Source: Dimargaris cristalligena | Taxonomy: Eukaryota | Assembly (NCBI GenBank): GCA_003614675.1 | Contig: ML002294.1 | Coordinates: forward strand, 1-46,483 | DNA length: 46,483 nt | Reading direction: 5' to 3' | Part shown: piece after piece, positions 11,351-23,489 of the stretch | Position numbering within the stretch: position 1 is the first letter of the stretch | How the letters are laid out: every line of letters starts with the position of its first letter | The notes under the pieces: generated by a model | What the model saw: the letters and a program-made list of their open reading frames with translations, nothing else | What the model was told of the DNA's origin: nothing | Database searches by the model: none | Position numbers and translations under genes: made by a program

Positions 11351-14300
11351 ATGGACTTTAGTTTCAACAAGGAGCCCAAAGAGGTTCTAGACGCGTTTGG
11401 CGTCGATCCCCAGCGCGGCCTGAATTCCCAACAGGTTCAGCAGAGCCGCGCTCAGTACGGCCGTAATGCCCTCCCCGAGGAGGAGCCCACCCCTCTGTGG
11501 GAGATGATCATGGAACAATTCAAGGACCAGCTGGTCATCATCCTACTCATCTCGGCCGCCGTGTCCTTCGTCCTGGCGTTCTTTGAGGAAGACTCCGATT
11601 CCATCACTGCCTACGTCGAACCCATCGTGATTCTACTTATTCTGATCGCCAACGCCACCGTGGGTGTTATCCAGGAGAGCAACGCCGAGAAGGCCATCGA
11701 TGCCCTCAAGGAGTACTCCCCCGACGAGGCCCGTGTGGTGCGTGACGGAAAGGCCCAGAAGATCAATTCCGAAGAACTGGTCCCTGGTGACATCGTTGAC
11801 ATCTCCGTTGGTGATAAGATTCCCGCCGATTGCCGTTTGCTGGAAATTTTCTCCAGCACCTTCCGTGTCGACCAGGCCATCCTGACCGGTGAATCCGTCT
11901 CGGTTAACAAGGATACCCATGCCATCGCCGACGTGCACGCCGTCAAGCAGGACCAGATCAATATGCTTTTCTCGGGTACCACCGTGGTGCTCGGCAAAGG
12001 CCGCGCCGTGGTGGCGCAGACCGGTTCCGATACCGCCATTGGTGATATCCACAAGAGCATTACCTCCCAGATTTCGGAAAAAACCCCTTTGAAGCGCAAG
12101 TTGGACGACTTTGGCGATATCCTGGCCAAGGCCATTTCGGTTATCTGCATTCTGGTGTGGCTTATCAACATCCGCCACTTCAACGACCCCTCCCACCACG
12201 GCTGGGTCAAGGGTGCCATCTACTATTTCAAGATCGCCGTGGCCCTGGCCGTTGCTGCCATCCCCGAAGGTCTAGCCGTCGTTATTACCACCTGTCTGGC
12301 TCTCGGTACCCGTAAGATGGCCGAGAAGAACGCCATTGTCCGTTCTTTGCCCTCGGTGGAGACTCTGGGCTGCACCAGTGTGATCTGTTCCGATAAGACT
12401 GGTACTCTGACCACCAACCAAATGTCCGTCTCCCGGGTCTGCGTCATTGAGAACATCCTCGGGGGTGTACACGAGTTCCAAATTGAGGGTACCAGCTACG
12501 CACCCGAAGGTGACGTCCAGAGCAGCGATGGCAAGTCTTTGGGTCACTCCCTTCCCGGCCGCTCCCGCGCCATCTACGAACTGGCTCAGGTCTGCTCTCT
12601 GTGTAACGATGCCCAAATTGCCTATGACCACACCAACGAGACCTACAGCAACATCGGGGAACCGACCGAGGCCGCCCTCAAGGTACTGGTTGAGAAACTG
12701 GGTACTCACGACTCCGCTTTTAACCAGGGCCTCCTGAACTACTCCGCCGAAGAACGGGTCACCGCCTGCAACCGGTTCTACGAAAGCCAAGTCGAACGCC
12801 TTGCCACTATGGAATTCTCCCGTGACCGCAAGTCCATGTCCGTTATCGTCCGCCGTCCCGATCCCCAGGGTGTTACCAAGACCTCCCTCCTGGTTAAGGG
12901 TGCCCCCGAGGCTGTCCTGGAACGCTGTAGCCATGTTTTGCTGAGCGGTACCGGCTCCGTTGTGGCCATTACTCCCGAGATTCGTGCTGCTGTGCTTCGC
13001 CAGATTGATTCCTACGGTCAGGCCATGAGCCTGCGCTGCCTGGGTATGGCTGTGGTGGATGATGTGTCTAGCCAGATGTCCTCTTGGAACCTGCATGACC
13101 CTGCCCAATTCATCCAGTACGAACAGAACTTGACCTTTATCGGTTTGGCCGGTATGATGGACCCTCCCCGCCCCGAAGTACGCGGCTCCATTGCCAACTG
13201 CAAGGCCGCCGGCATTCGTGTCATTGTGATTACCGGTGATAACAAGAACACCGCCGAGGCCGTGTGCCGTCGCATCGGAGTGTTCGAGGAAGACGAAGAC
13301 CTGACCGGCCGGTCATACACCGGTCGTGAATTTGACCAAATGAGCCCCCGCGAGAAGCTCGAAGCCGTGGCTCGTGCTAACCTCTTTTCCCGGACTGAAC
13401 CTACCCACAAGTGCGAGCTGGTGGACCTGTTGCAAAGCCTGGGCCACGTCGTGGCCATGACTGGTGACGGTGTGAACGATGCCCCCGCCCTGAAGAAGGC
13501 CGACATTGGTGTGGCCATGGGAACTGGTACGGATGTGGCCAAGCTGGCCGCCGATATGGTGCTCGCCGATGACAACTTCGCCACGATTGAAAAGGCCGTC
13601 GAGGAAGGCCGTTCCATCTACAACAACACCAAGCAATTTATCCGGTATCTGATCAGCTCCAATATTGGTGAAGTCGTGAGTATTTTCCTGACTGTGCTCT
13701 TGGGTATGCCCGAGGCTCTCATCCCCGTCCAGCTTCTATGGGTCAACCTAGTCACCGATGGTCTCCCGGCCACCGCCCTGGGCTTCAACCCTCCCGACAA
13801 CGAGATCATGTTGCGTCCCCCGCGTAGCGGCCGTGAGCCCATTGTTGGCCGCTGGTTGTTCGTCCGGTATATGATCATTGGTATCTACGTGGGTTGCGCC
13901 ACCGTGTTTGGTTACGCCTGGTGGTTCATGTACTACGCCGAAGGTCCCCAGATTAGCTACTACCAACTGACCCACTTCCACCAGTGCAGCTCGGCCTTCC
14001 CCGAATTGGGCTGTGAGATGTTCGTCAACGATATGGCCAAGCGGGCTACCACCATGTCCCTGTCTATCCTGGTCACTATTGAAATGTTCAACGCTGTCAA
14101 CTCCCTTTCCGAAAACGAGTCCATCTTTACCCTGCCCATCTGGAGCAACATGTACCTGGTCTACGCCATCATCCTGTCGATGCTCCTCCACTTCATGATC
14201 CTGTACGTGCCCTTCTTCTCGTCGCTGTTCTCGATTCTGCCCCTTAACTCCGTGGAATGGCAGGCCGTGTTCTGGATTTCGCTGCCCGTTATTGCCATTG

Positions 14301-14368
14301 ACGAGGTCCTCAAGTTCGTCAGCCGAACCTGGATCCAGCCGGTTAGCACCAAGGCTAAGCGCGAGTAA
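11351..14368 (+). CDS. SERCA-type (P2A) ER Ca2+-ATPase, about 1005 aa, intronless CDS
   Basis: TGES, IPEGL, the phosphorylation motif [56 protein letters not shown], plus SERCA-specific [37 protein letters not shown] and IEMFNA. ATG at 11351 (MDFSF); the GTG start at 11147 lies in the inferred intron. Confidence 0.97.
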   Translation: MDFSFNKEPKEVLDAFGVDPQRGLNSQQVQQSRAQYGRNALPEEEPTPLWEMIMEQFKDQLVIILLISAAVSFVLAFFEEDSDSITAYVEPIVILLILIANATVGVIQESNAEKAIDALKEYSPDEARVVRDGKAQKINSEELVPGDIVDISVGDKIPADCRLLEIFSSTFRVDQAILTGESVSVNKDTHAIADVHAVKQDQINMLFSGTTVVLGKGRAVVAQTGSDTAIGDIHKSITSQISEKTPLKRKLDDFGDILAKAISVICILVWLINIRHFNDPSHHGWVKGAIYYFKIAVALAVAAIPEGLAVVITTCLALGTRKMAEKNAIVRSLPSVETLGCTSVICSDKTGTLTTNQMSVSRVCVIENILGGVHEFQIEGTSYAPEGDVQSSDGKSLGHSLPGRSRAIYELAQVCSLCNDAQIAYDHTNETYSNIGEPTEAALKVLVEKLGTHDSAFNQGLLNYSAEERVTACNRFYESQVERLATMEFSRDRKSMSVIVRRPDPQGVTKTSLLVKGAPEAVLERCSHVLLSGTGSVVAITPEIRAAVLRQIDSYGQAMSLRCLGMAVVDDVSSQMSSWNLHDPAQFIQYEQNLTFIGLAGMMDPPRPEVRGSIANCKAAGIRVIVITGDNKNTAEAVCRRIGVFEEDEDLTGRSYTGREFDQMSPREKLEAVARANLFSRTEPTHKCELVDLLQSLGHVVAMTGDGVNDAPALKKADIGVAMGTGTDVAKLAADMVLADDNFATIEKAVEEGRSIYNNTKQFIRYLISSNIGEVVSIFLTVLLGMPEALIPVQLLWVNLVTDGLPATALGFNPPDNEIMLRPPRSGREPIVGRWLFVRYMIIGIYVGCATVFGYAWWFMYYAEGPQISYYQLTHFHQCSSAFPELGCEMFVNDMAKRATTMSLSILVTIEMFNAVNSLSENESIFTLPIWSNMYLVYAIILSMLLHFMILYVPFFSSLFSILPLNSVEWQAVFWISLPVIAIDEVLKFVSRTWIQPVSTKAKRE

Positions 14369-15584
14369 AGAGGTTGCATTGATTTGACCTAGTGGATGGT
14401 GTCGCCCCCTTTGTACCTGTAGAGACAAAGTAGTTTTTCTGTGCGTGTGTGTCTGTTTTTTTTTTGCCTGGTTCACCCCAACCTGGTTTTGGCGGAATCA
14501 GCTCTCAATTTCTTTGTTGGTCTGTAGTTACTCCTCTCCAGTGCTCCGATTATCATTTCGCTTTTTTATATATGGAAATGAAGGGAGTTATACATTTTGC
14601 CTACTGCTACATATTCCAATTTCCCTCTCGTCCTTTCTCTGAAAATTATATACCGCCCATACCTTATTACGGTTACTTATCTTTTTTCCGGATCTCCTTA
14701 CCCGCTTTTACCGCGAAGATCTTTATCGACATTCTCCTCTATAAATCGTTAAATATATTGTTTTATTTGTACGTGGGTGGGAGTTACGTGGAAATCGAAT
14801 ACGTTGCCTTAGATTACTAATTAAAGACAGGGAAAAGACGGAGATTTGGGGTATTTAAAGTAAAGGTTTTAGATAGGACAATTCCCAGGGGATCATTTTC
14901 CATTATGGATTAGTGATGCTCTGGCCTTTCCAACCTACCAAGCCGGTTTCACAAGGAATTCGCGAGGTTTTGCTGCAGTTTCTGACGAACAGGTTGTTCG
15001 TGTTCGCGATATCAAAGTGTGGGGTCAATATACCGCCTAATCGATTAATAGCAGGGAAGGGGAGTAGTGATGACGTAGTGAAATTATCTGAAACGGCGGT
15101 AGTCAGGTTAACTTAAGCTCCTGTCTGCCTGCCTTCCTTCAACTTTAGATTGCTGGCATATCTTTCCCCCGTGCCCTTTCTTTCGCTCTTCCACAAATGG
15201 TACACCCCGACTTTATCCGCCTCCCATCCGCTCCAATTAATTGGATGCACCATTGCCATTGATATTATACGTTGAGGCATTCGTTTCGTCACTGGTCCAC
15301 GGATTGTGTAACTACCAACTAAGTAGGCTAACCCTCCCCTCCCTCCCTCCCTTTGGTGACTCTCTATATATACATCCTTGTTACTTAGTTGGCCACTGCG
15401 CACCCTTCTTCCTCTTTATATAACCTCCCCCTTCGCCTAGTCCGCCTAACTGCTTCTGGTATAGCTGGATCATCTACATTTACAATTTACGGAAACTGAG
15501 TCTCGTTTTTATCAGTAGTATTATCAACATCATTATAGATTATTATTGGTCTTTACGGCTTTTAACAACACTTCTTACGTCACC

Positions 15585-15977
15585 ATGAACCATATATCGA
15601 CCGAAATGGGCCGCGAGCGCCTGGCGTTTATCCGGGACAAAAAGGGTTTCATTTGCGACATGGACGGTGTAATCTATCATGTAAGTCCAGCGAAGACAAC
15701 CAGGCGTAGTCCATGGAAGAGCTATCCCAAAGGAGCGGTTTCTAGTTTGGGGCAAGGTGCCCCTCCCCTCCCCCCACAGGTTCACCCGCTGGGCTATTTT
15801 TCGCAAATGCGGTACTTGGGTTAAGCTGGGCTGGCTCGACCGTATTAGCATCCGAAGTTGATAGATAGTGGCAAAGGTGTGCTCCCAATTCGGCCTAATC
15901 TATTTCAAGGACTTTCTTAACTCGTCACTCTTAGATATTTCTACAATTATGAACAAATTATACCCCTCACCGCCCAA

Positions 15978-16011
<34 letters not shown>

Positions 16012-18173
16012 AATAACCCAAAACCATGCATACGCATCCCCGCAGGGCGATACATTACTGCCGGGTGTCAAGGAATTCATCGAATGGCTCAAAAATGAAG
16101 AAAAGCAGTTTATTTTCCTAACCAACAATTCCGCCCCAACCCCCCGGGAATTACGCGAGAAAATGCTGCGTTTAGGGGTGGACGTGGCCGAAAACCATTT
16201 CTACACGTCGGGTATCGCCACCGCCAAATTTCTTAAATCCCAGGTTCCGGTAGGTTGATTTAGATATACGCTTTGGTTTCAGTGGACCGGGGTTTTGGTA
16301 TTGGGATACTCTTGTGGTTGTTATCACGAGGTCAGGTGATATGTCCTTCGTAGGAAACCCCGACTATGGCTGAACTTGCGACTATCACTGTCTGATATTC
16401 CAAGGCTTGTAGGCTCCTTTTTCAATGCATACTAACTATAGTACATGTCACAATTATTCGATACATGGTGATGCAATTATATTCCTATTAACTCTAATAA
16501 CAGGATGGTAGCTGTTACGTTATTGGAGAAGCCGGTAAGTCCACAACTCGGTAACCCGCATCGTTATAGCTATTGATAACAGCTAAATTGACCGGAGATA
16601 GGACTAGCGCCTTATCGATTTCTGGCTCGACAATGATACTTACCATTTTCCCCAATCCTAAATCGAATTATTTGCTCTAGGTCTTACCCACACGCTCTAC
16701 GAGCATGGTTTTACGATGAACGACAAGGTAAGCACATAGTCAAAGCTCTTGTACGCTCATCTACTCATGGTGCCATTTCACTCGTTAAGCTATTGCTGTT
16801 TTCCTAAATGGCACTCATCGCTTCTATAGCCTGACTAATTGACTCATTATTTTTTGTACATATGCCCCACTTACTACGGTATAATATCTAGAACCCCGAT
16901 TTCGTTGTTGTGGGCGAAGGTACCAGTCTCAACTACGACAAAGTAAGTTGAAATCCAGCTTGGTTTATGCTATGTATACATGGGGCTCTTCTGCACACCC
17001 CATACCTGTCCTCCACTATATCTAACGAACTGTCCAATGTTACATTGTTTGGGTCACCAACTACCTAGATGGCCAAAGCCGTCAAGTTAGTCAACCAGGG
17101 TGCCAAGTTGATTGCCACTAATCCCGATTCCAACGGGCCCGGTCCCGGGGGTATTATCATCCCGGCCACTGGCGCGTTCGTCAGCGGAATCGAGCTTGCC
17201 TCTGGACACAAGGCTTTTATGTGCGGTAAACCCAGCAGCTTGATGATGAGGTAAGTGCCCAAATGGCCAAGTGTGCCTCTGTTGTATTACTACCGCAGCT
17301 GGTTATATGGCTGTAGGTGTTATTCTAGCATATTTTATATTTAATTCGCACTATTAGCATTAAAGAGTTATGTACTGAAACGTTCGAGGGGATAGGCACA
17401 GGTATTGATTTAATCTAACCCAATTTCTTGGCACCTGTCCAATACGTAAAAATACTGATTCTCCTTGATTTGATCGTCGTCAGTTATGCCCAACAAATCC
17501 TGGGAACTAGGCGCGAGGATACCTGTATTATCGGCGACCGTATGGATACCGAGTAAGTAGCCCTTAGCTTGACTTATACCTTTATTGGATTTCTGTATGC
17601 ATGTATTGTGGCCTATTGGTACCGGTTGGACGGTTGCTTATAATTTAATGGACTAGAATAGTTAGGCGTGGCCCCTGGTCATTCTGGAACCCTATTGACA
17701 AAAGTTGCTTAAGCGTGACCAAGCCGACATAACTAAGCAATGCTAATTTTAGTTTATGGCTTCCAAAATCTGCATCTACTCTGTTCACTAGTATCTTGGC
17801 GGGTATATACTCCGAAATCCATCCAGGTAAGTAGTTTAGAAAAGCATACAAAATGCTATAGCTAACCAAAAGTTGGCCGTTGTATAGTAACTTTACAGTC
17901 ACCCTTCCTACTAATTTTGGTGGCATAGAGTGGTGTCAATGAATCGGTCACCTTGGCCAACTTAAGGCACTGGGTTCTTAGAAACTAGTTATAGCTACGG
18001 CATCTAGTCATAAACTAATCCCTTACTTGTATACTTCACTAATTATTGGCACGATAGTTCTCGTCATGTCTGGAGTTACAAAGACTACCGAGGCGATGGA
18101 GGAGTTTGCCTATCAGCCCTATCTGGTCCTTGACGGAGTGAAGGATATCCCATTAGAGCGTGAATCCTCTTAA
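15585..18173 (+). CDS. HAD-superfamily subfamily IIA phosphatase, NagD-like, about 276 aa, 9 exons
   Basis: Exons 15585-15680, 16046-16249, 16504-16534, 16681-16727, 16892-16942, 17069-17250, 17484-17552, 17792-17826 and 18058-18173 (831 nt, all GT..AG, one frame). Motifs FICDMDGVIYH (DxD), FLTNNS, FYTSGIATA, NPDFVVVGE, LIATNPD, CGKPS, IIGDRMDTDILAG and VLVMSGV. Confidence 0.92.
15980..16009. repeat. (AC)15 microsatellite in intron 1 of the NagD-like gene
   Basis: Perfect dinucleotide run read directly. Confidence 0.95.
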
Positions 18174-19337
18174 GTGGCATTGCAAAGACAACAGCCGTCC
18201 ACTACAGAAGGTGCTATGAGTCTGCCTGCATCATTGTGATATTGATTTTTATCGCAAGGTACCAATAAAACTGAATTCTCCTTCAATTTTATATTCTAAG
18301 TCTTTAATAATTTTTAGTTCTGCATTAGCGTTTCTTAAAAGCTGGTACAATTTGAATTGTAATCAATTAGTGATGTTAGTATAATGTCACCAAGGTGAAC
18401 CTGCAATAGGTTAGGCGTATGTCTAATACAGTTGTAAATGGCAAATTAAATATACCTCTACGTAGGTTAGTGGGGTAGGTATAGCCGATTAAAGTTGGCC
18501 CTGGAGAGTGCGTCTTCCGCTGTTAGGTTGGTATTGGTAAAAGTGACCACACTATCTTGGATAGTATTACTTATTATTTTCGCCGTTTTCAGTATTTTCC
18601 AATATTTATCCAGTCGGGACAATTTTTGCTAGTCCAGTGTGTACATGTTGGGGCTTCTAAAATGGCCAGCGACTTGAAAACAGCCTGATACATCCAATAT
18701 TTTGCGGCTACCCGCTTTGAAGGTTCATTTGCGGAACCTACATACGAGGAACATTGGCTACGAGCGGATCTCGTGTGGTCTCTATAATAATCGGTGGACC
18801 TCTACTTCTATAATTGATCAACTATTCGGCACCCGGGTCTGTACCACCCAGCTTATGTATAAATAATGGAACCAGTTTAAGTACAACTATTGGATAATTT
18901 AGCCTGGTACTCAGTCCTATTGTTATGTATCTTTCGGAAACTCCGCTTTAGTACTGATGATATACCATAGTCCATTTATTTAGATTGGTTAGAGTGGTAG
19001 GTGTTTTGTATGAGACAGGTCTCAATGGCAGCTGTTACTACCCAGGTGTAGTATGCCGCGGGGCGAGGCACATAGTCTCCACACCCATGGGTTATATTCT
19101 GAGCTGTAGCCAAAGCCTTTTGCTTCGCCAAACCCCCACCACTTCCCTCAACCCCTGACCAGGGCATTCCACTCACACCTTATTTTGGTCCCTATTGTTG
19201 TTTTTTGAAGCACCCGACTTTATTATCTTATGTTACTTCGTATATCCCCTTCACCTTATTGTCAACACTAGTGGGTTCCCTCCATTTTTTATTATTTTAT
19301 TTCGTGAGTTCCTCTACTTTGCCTTCTCCCCACCCCC

Positions 19338-22300
19338 ATGCTCGGCCACATGCCCGACCGAGACGACTCAGTCTCCGCCGCCATCGCTGCTGCCACTCCT
19401 GCCCCGCCGGACTTGGGAACCCTCAGCCCCCTAATTCAACAGCAGCTCATTATTGACGATCTCCTCTATGTGGCCTCAGGAGGCCCCGGCCGTTACTTGC
19501 AACTAAAAAATGCTGACCCCGATACCGCCCCGCTTTACCAGCAACGGGCTTCAGCCGTGCGATCCGAATCCGGACCCAAGGACACCCACTCAACTCAACA
19601 ACAACAGCAGCAGCCACGGCAGCGGGCGCCTACGTTGGAGGCGGAACTCATCCCGTCGACCATCCACCAGGTGTACCAGTGGAGAGTCGACACTCGGCTG
19701 GACCGCTCTCTACGGGCCATGGTGAAGAGTTTACTACCGGCGTGTACTTACTATTTGATTATCCGTGATTTTGTGGTCGAGTACAACCACTTCCGCGCTG
19801 GCCGAGTTAATCAAGCCCTTTGTGCAGCCATGGATGAAATCATCCAGGTAGGTGTATAGTCTATCCCTATAGCTGGTTGTATCCATCGCCAATATAGCGT
19901 CTACCGGTAGGTTTAGCATACCAAATATTGGTGGGGCCCACAGGACTAACAGTTCATATTTGGCCCCTGCTGTCACTTTGAAACTATAACAACAACCCAT
20001 ATCCTAGGAATTCCATACCCTTATTGCCCAGCTCGAACATTTGCACCGCTCGGGGACGGAGTCCGAACCCTTCACGCTCCAGAAACTCACCTTCTACCTC
20101 CAACCCAGCCTGACCATGCTGGAGCGCCTCGCCGTCCTCATTTGCATTATCAAACGGCAGACCGAGCAGAACTTCCTTGCCACCCGCCAGTCGGACTACC
20201 GGGACTACTGCCAGGAAATACTCACCCATCCGTCGCCGTCCGAGACCTCGGCCTACGGCATCAGCAAGTTTTCCACCCAATTTATGGGATCGTCTAAATA
20301 CGATCAGGACGCCGACTATTTTGCCGGAATCGGGCCTTCAGCCACTCCGCCCTTCCAGAGTTACAGCCGGGAGGGGGATGCCGGCCCAACCGTGGAACCC
20401 GGCAAATCGTCGTTAGGGCGGCGTACGACCGCCCCATTGGTGTGTCGGGGCGGGCGGACGCTCAAAGTACTGGCCGGTGAAATGCTGACCCGGTGCGGGG
20501 ACCCGAATGCCAAACGGTTGTACGGTTTCCTATTGTCGCGGGCGGCTAAACCCTTTCTGGCTATGCTGCAAATGTGGCTGCGCCGGGGCGAAGTCCATGA
20601 CCCTTGCGAAGAATTCATGATTCGCCCCCGCGACCGCCTGACCATGGTGGACGTGGGGATGGGCGAGCTGGGTTTGGGGGGAGGGGGAGGGGATCACCGT
20701 GGGTTGGATACCAATGGCTTGGGCGCGTCGTCCCCCGACGGTTGGTCCACCGGGGCGTCCTACTCCCAGTACGTCATTTGCCTTGACATGACCCCCGGGT
20801 TCCTGCGGCCTTTTTCCAAGAAAATTCTCCTGTCGGGTATGTATCTCAACATTATCCGGGCCTGTAAGACCATCGGCCACCAACACCAGAGTAACGATGT
20901 AAGCGCAAGTAGAGGGGGCGTAGGAGGACGGGAGGTGCCTTCCCCGTCGCCTTCCCTCGATCTATTAGACGACCCCGAACCAAGCTCGGAGCGCATCTTC
21001 GCCGAGGAGAGTTTCATTGGTCTAGATACCCTGGAGAACGGGATGGATACCGTGGATGACCGACCCACCGATGCCGTCACCCAAGCTTTCGAAGGCCAAA
21101 TCTACGTCCTGCAAATCGAAAACGCCTACCAGTACGCCAACCGCACCCTCCTCTGGATCCTGACCGAGCAGAACCACCTCCTCAACTGCCTACGGGCCAT
21201 GAAACACTACTTTTTCCTGGATCAGTCGGATTTCCTGACCCATTTCCTGGACCTGGCCCACGGTGAACTGCGTAAGCCGACGCAGGAGGTGCCCTTAATT
21301 AAACTACAGTCCCTGATGGACGTGGTGCTACAGAATTCGGCATCCGTTGGGGCGGCGGATCCGTACCGGGAGGATGTTAAGGTCGACTTGAGTTGTCATC
21401 GATTCATGGACCAGGTCCAGTTAGTCCTAGGGGGCGGGGGTGGTTCCACCGCTATGCCCACCACCACCACTGTCTCCACCGGGACCCTGGCTCAGCGACC
21501 CGACCAGGGTACGCCGTCGAGTAAACGGATGGCCTCGCGGGCCCACCCGCCCCACCTCTGGAATTCCCCGCAAACCCCCGGGGAAGGCGGGGCCCTTTCC
21601 GATTTGGAAGTAGGCACCCCTTTGGGTAAACAACTCTTGCCCCGTCGTTCTACCACCACCGAACCCCCCGTGCCCGGGTCCGGCGGTCGCGCTCGGTCGG
21701 GGTCCACCACTATAATAGCCGGGACCACCAGCAAATTGGGATCTAGCTTCGGGACCGCTCAACCATTGACGTGCTTAGAGGCCCTCACTCTTGATTTTGT
21801 GGTTACTTTCCCGGTTTCCCTGGTCATCACACCGGTCTTCGTCACAAAATACCAAATGATCTTCCGGCACTTACTGCAACTGAAGCACACCGAACATGTA
21901 CTTAGTCAAATGTGGCTAGGGACCCGGAACCCACCGCGACACCGATCCCTAGCCAAAAAAGGGGCGGCAAATCCTTGGCAGGTACCCCAGAGCCACCAAC
22001 GCATTTGGTTTCTCCGGAACTGTATGCTTAATTCGGTGCGCCAGATCATCTACTACACCTGCTGGGAGGTCCTCGAGGCTCACTGGACATACTTTGAAGC
22101 TAAGTTGGTGTCGGCCACGACCATCGATGAACTCACTTTTGCCCATACAATGTTCCTCGATAATTGTCTACAGCAGTGTATGTTGACCGTACCCAAACTG
22201 ATGAAGATTATCGCCCGTTTATTGGCCAAATGCCAGGCATTTGCGGTGTTTGCGAGTCATTTCATGCGGAGTGAAACAGCCTCACCGTTGGCCGCCACAT

Positions 22301-22698
22301 CGAATACGACTTCCACTACCGCCGCCACGACCGTTGTGGCTACCCCGCCTTCGGAGCACAGTGTGAACGATAATGGTCTGATGTTGTCACCTACCCTAAG
22401 GGCACTCCAGACCATCTCCGGCTCACTCAACCATACTTCACCACCATCCTCATCGGGTCATCCGAGCTCGCAACTAGCGACCGGGGGAGGACTACTCGGT
22501 GCAGCCGCTTCCGATCAATTTAACCACCGGGCCCAGCAGGAACAAACCCTGGCCAAGATGGAAAAGTCGTACCAGCAGACTCTAGAATTACTCCTGGATG
22601 CCCTTCGCCATTACTCGGATACCGAAACCCCTCTCTTCCTGAACTTGGTGACCAAACTGAACCTGAATAACTATTACTCTACTGGGGCCGACTTGTAA
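19338..22698 (+). CDS. SPC97: Gamma-tubulin complex component GCP2 (Spc97/Alp4), about 1066 aa, 2 exons
   Basis: Exons 19338-19847 and 20008-22698. GCP2-type segments QQLIIDDLLYV..G..GRY, GRVNQALCAAM..I..EF..LIAQLEH, TLQKLTFYLQP, GDP.AKRLY.FL...AAKPF..ML..W...G...DP.EEFMI, KHYFFLDQSDFLTHFLDLA, FPVSLVI..KYQMIFRHL and FLDNCLQQCML. The start codon is uncertain (19338 or 19350, or a further upstream exon). Confidence 0.9.
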
Positions 22699-23489
22699 CC
22701 CTTTGGGAAAAACCTATGCAAAATATAGGGAAAAGTAAAGCTGTACCGTTACCAGTATTTCTTAAACTTGCACTGCGTTACCTACAGTTCGCCCAATATA
22801 CGTGACAATTTCCTATCGAGTAACCTGGCTTAATTCAGTCATTCTAATACCCATGTGGTCCCATTTTCTTTACACACCACCCCTTAGCAATCCCATTGAA
22901 ATGTACCTTTTTATACTTGCACTCTCTCACATCTATACGTCTATTAAAAATAACTAATTAATTGGCTAAATTGGAATATTTATGTGGCAATGGCAGTGCC
23001 CTTTAGCCCCCCAATTAATTTTGGTGGGAGTATACATGGCTTTGTTTATACTATTATTTTATACCACCTACCACTTCTCAAATAAGACGGGTGGGAATCA
23101 GCAAGGCTATATATACGACTTAGAATGAAGCGTAAGCCGAAAAATAGGTTAAACCAGACGGGTTTTTAGTTTTACACTATATCTGAAGCTGTTTTTATTT
23201 GCCGGTAGACTAAGTGCCGCCAGGGAGATTTTCACCAATAACGTTATTAAGCGACTCAAACTAGAACGGGTAATCACTGGTAGGGGCGGGGTAATGGATA
23301 ACATAGTATAAATCCTATTGTATATTTGTGGACGGTGAATGTTATCAGAGAAATAACCATTCCAAATACCAAATAGATTAGAAAGCAGAGATGTGCATCC
23401 AATGGCTGCGTTATTGGCTAGGAATTCAACAGGCATAACTTTACAATAAATAATACCGCAAGGATATTGATACACACATGTTCAGCTGG

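Noticed and set aside
15323-15538. Possible 5'-UTR intron (GTAGGC..TAG) and short uORF upstream of the NagD-like gene
   Set aside because: Plausible but the signals are weak and it adds no in-frame coding sequence; it needs RNA data.
18950-19105. TGATGA ... CTGA pair resembling a C/D snoRNA
   Set aside because: No terminal stem or recognisable rRNA guide; such short boxes occur by chance.
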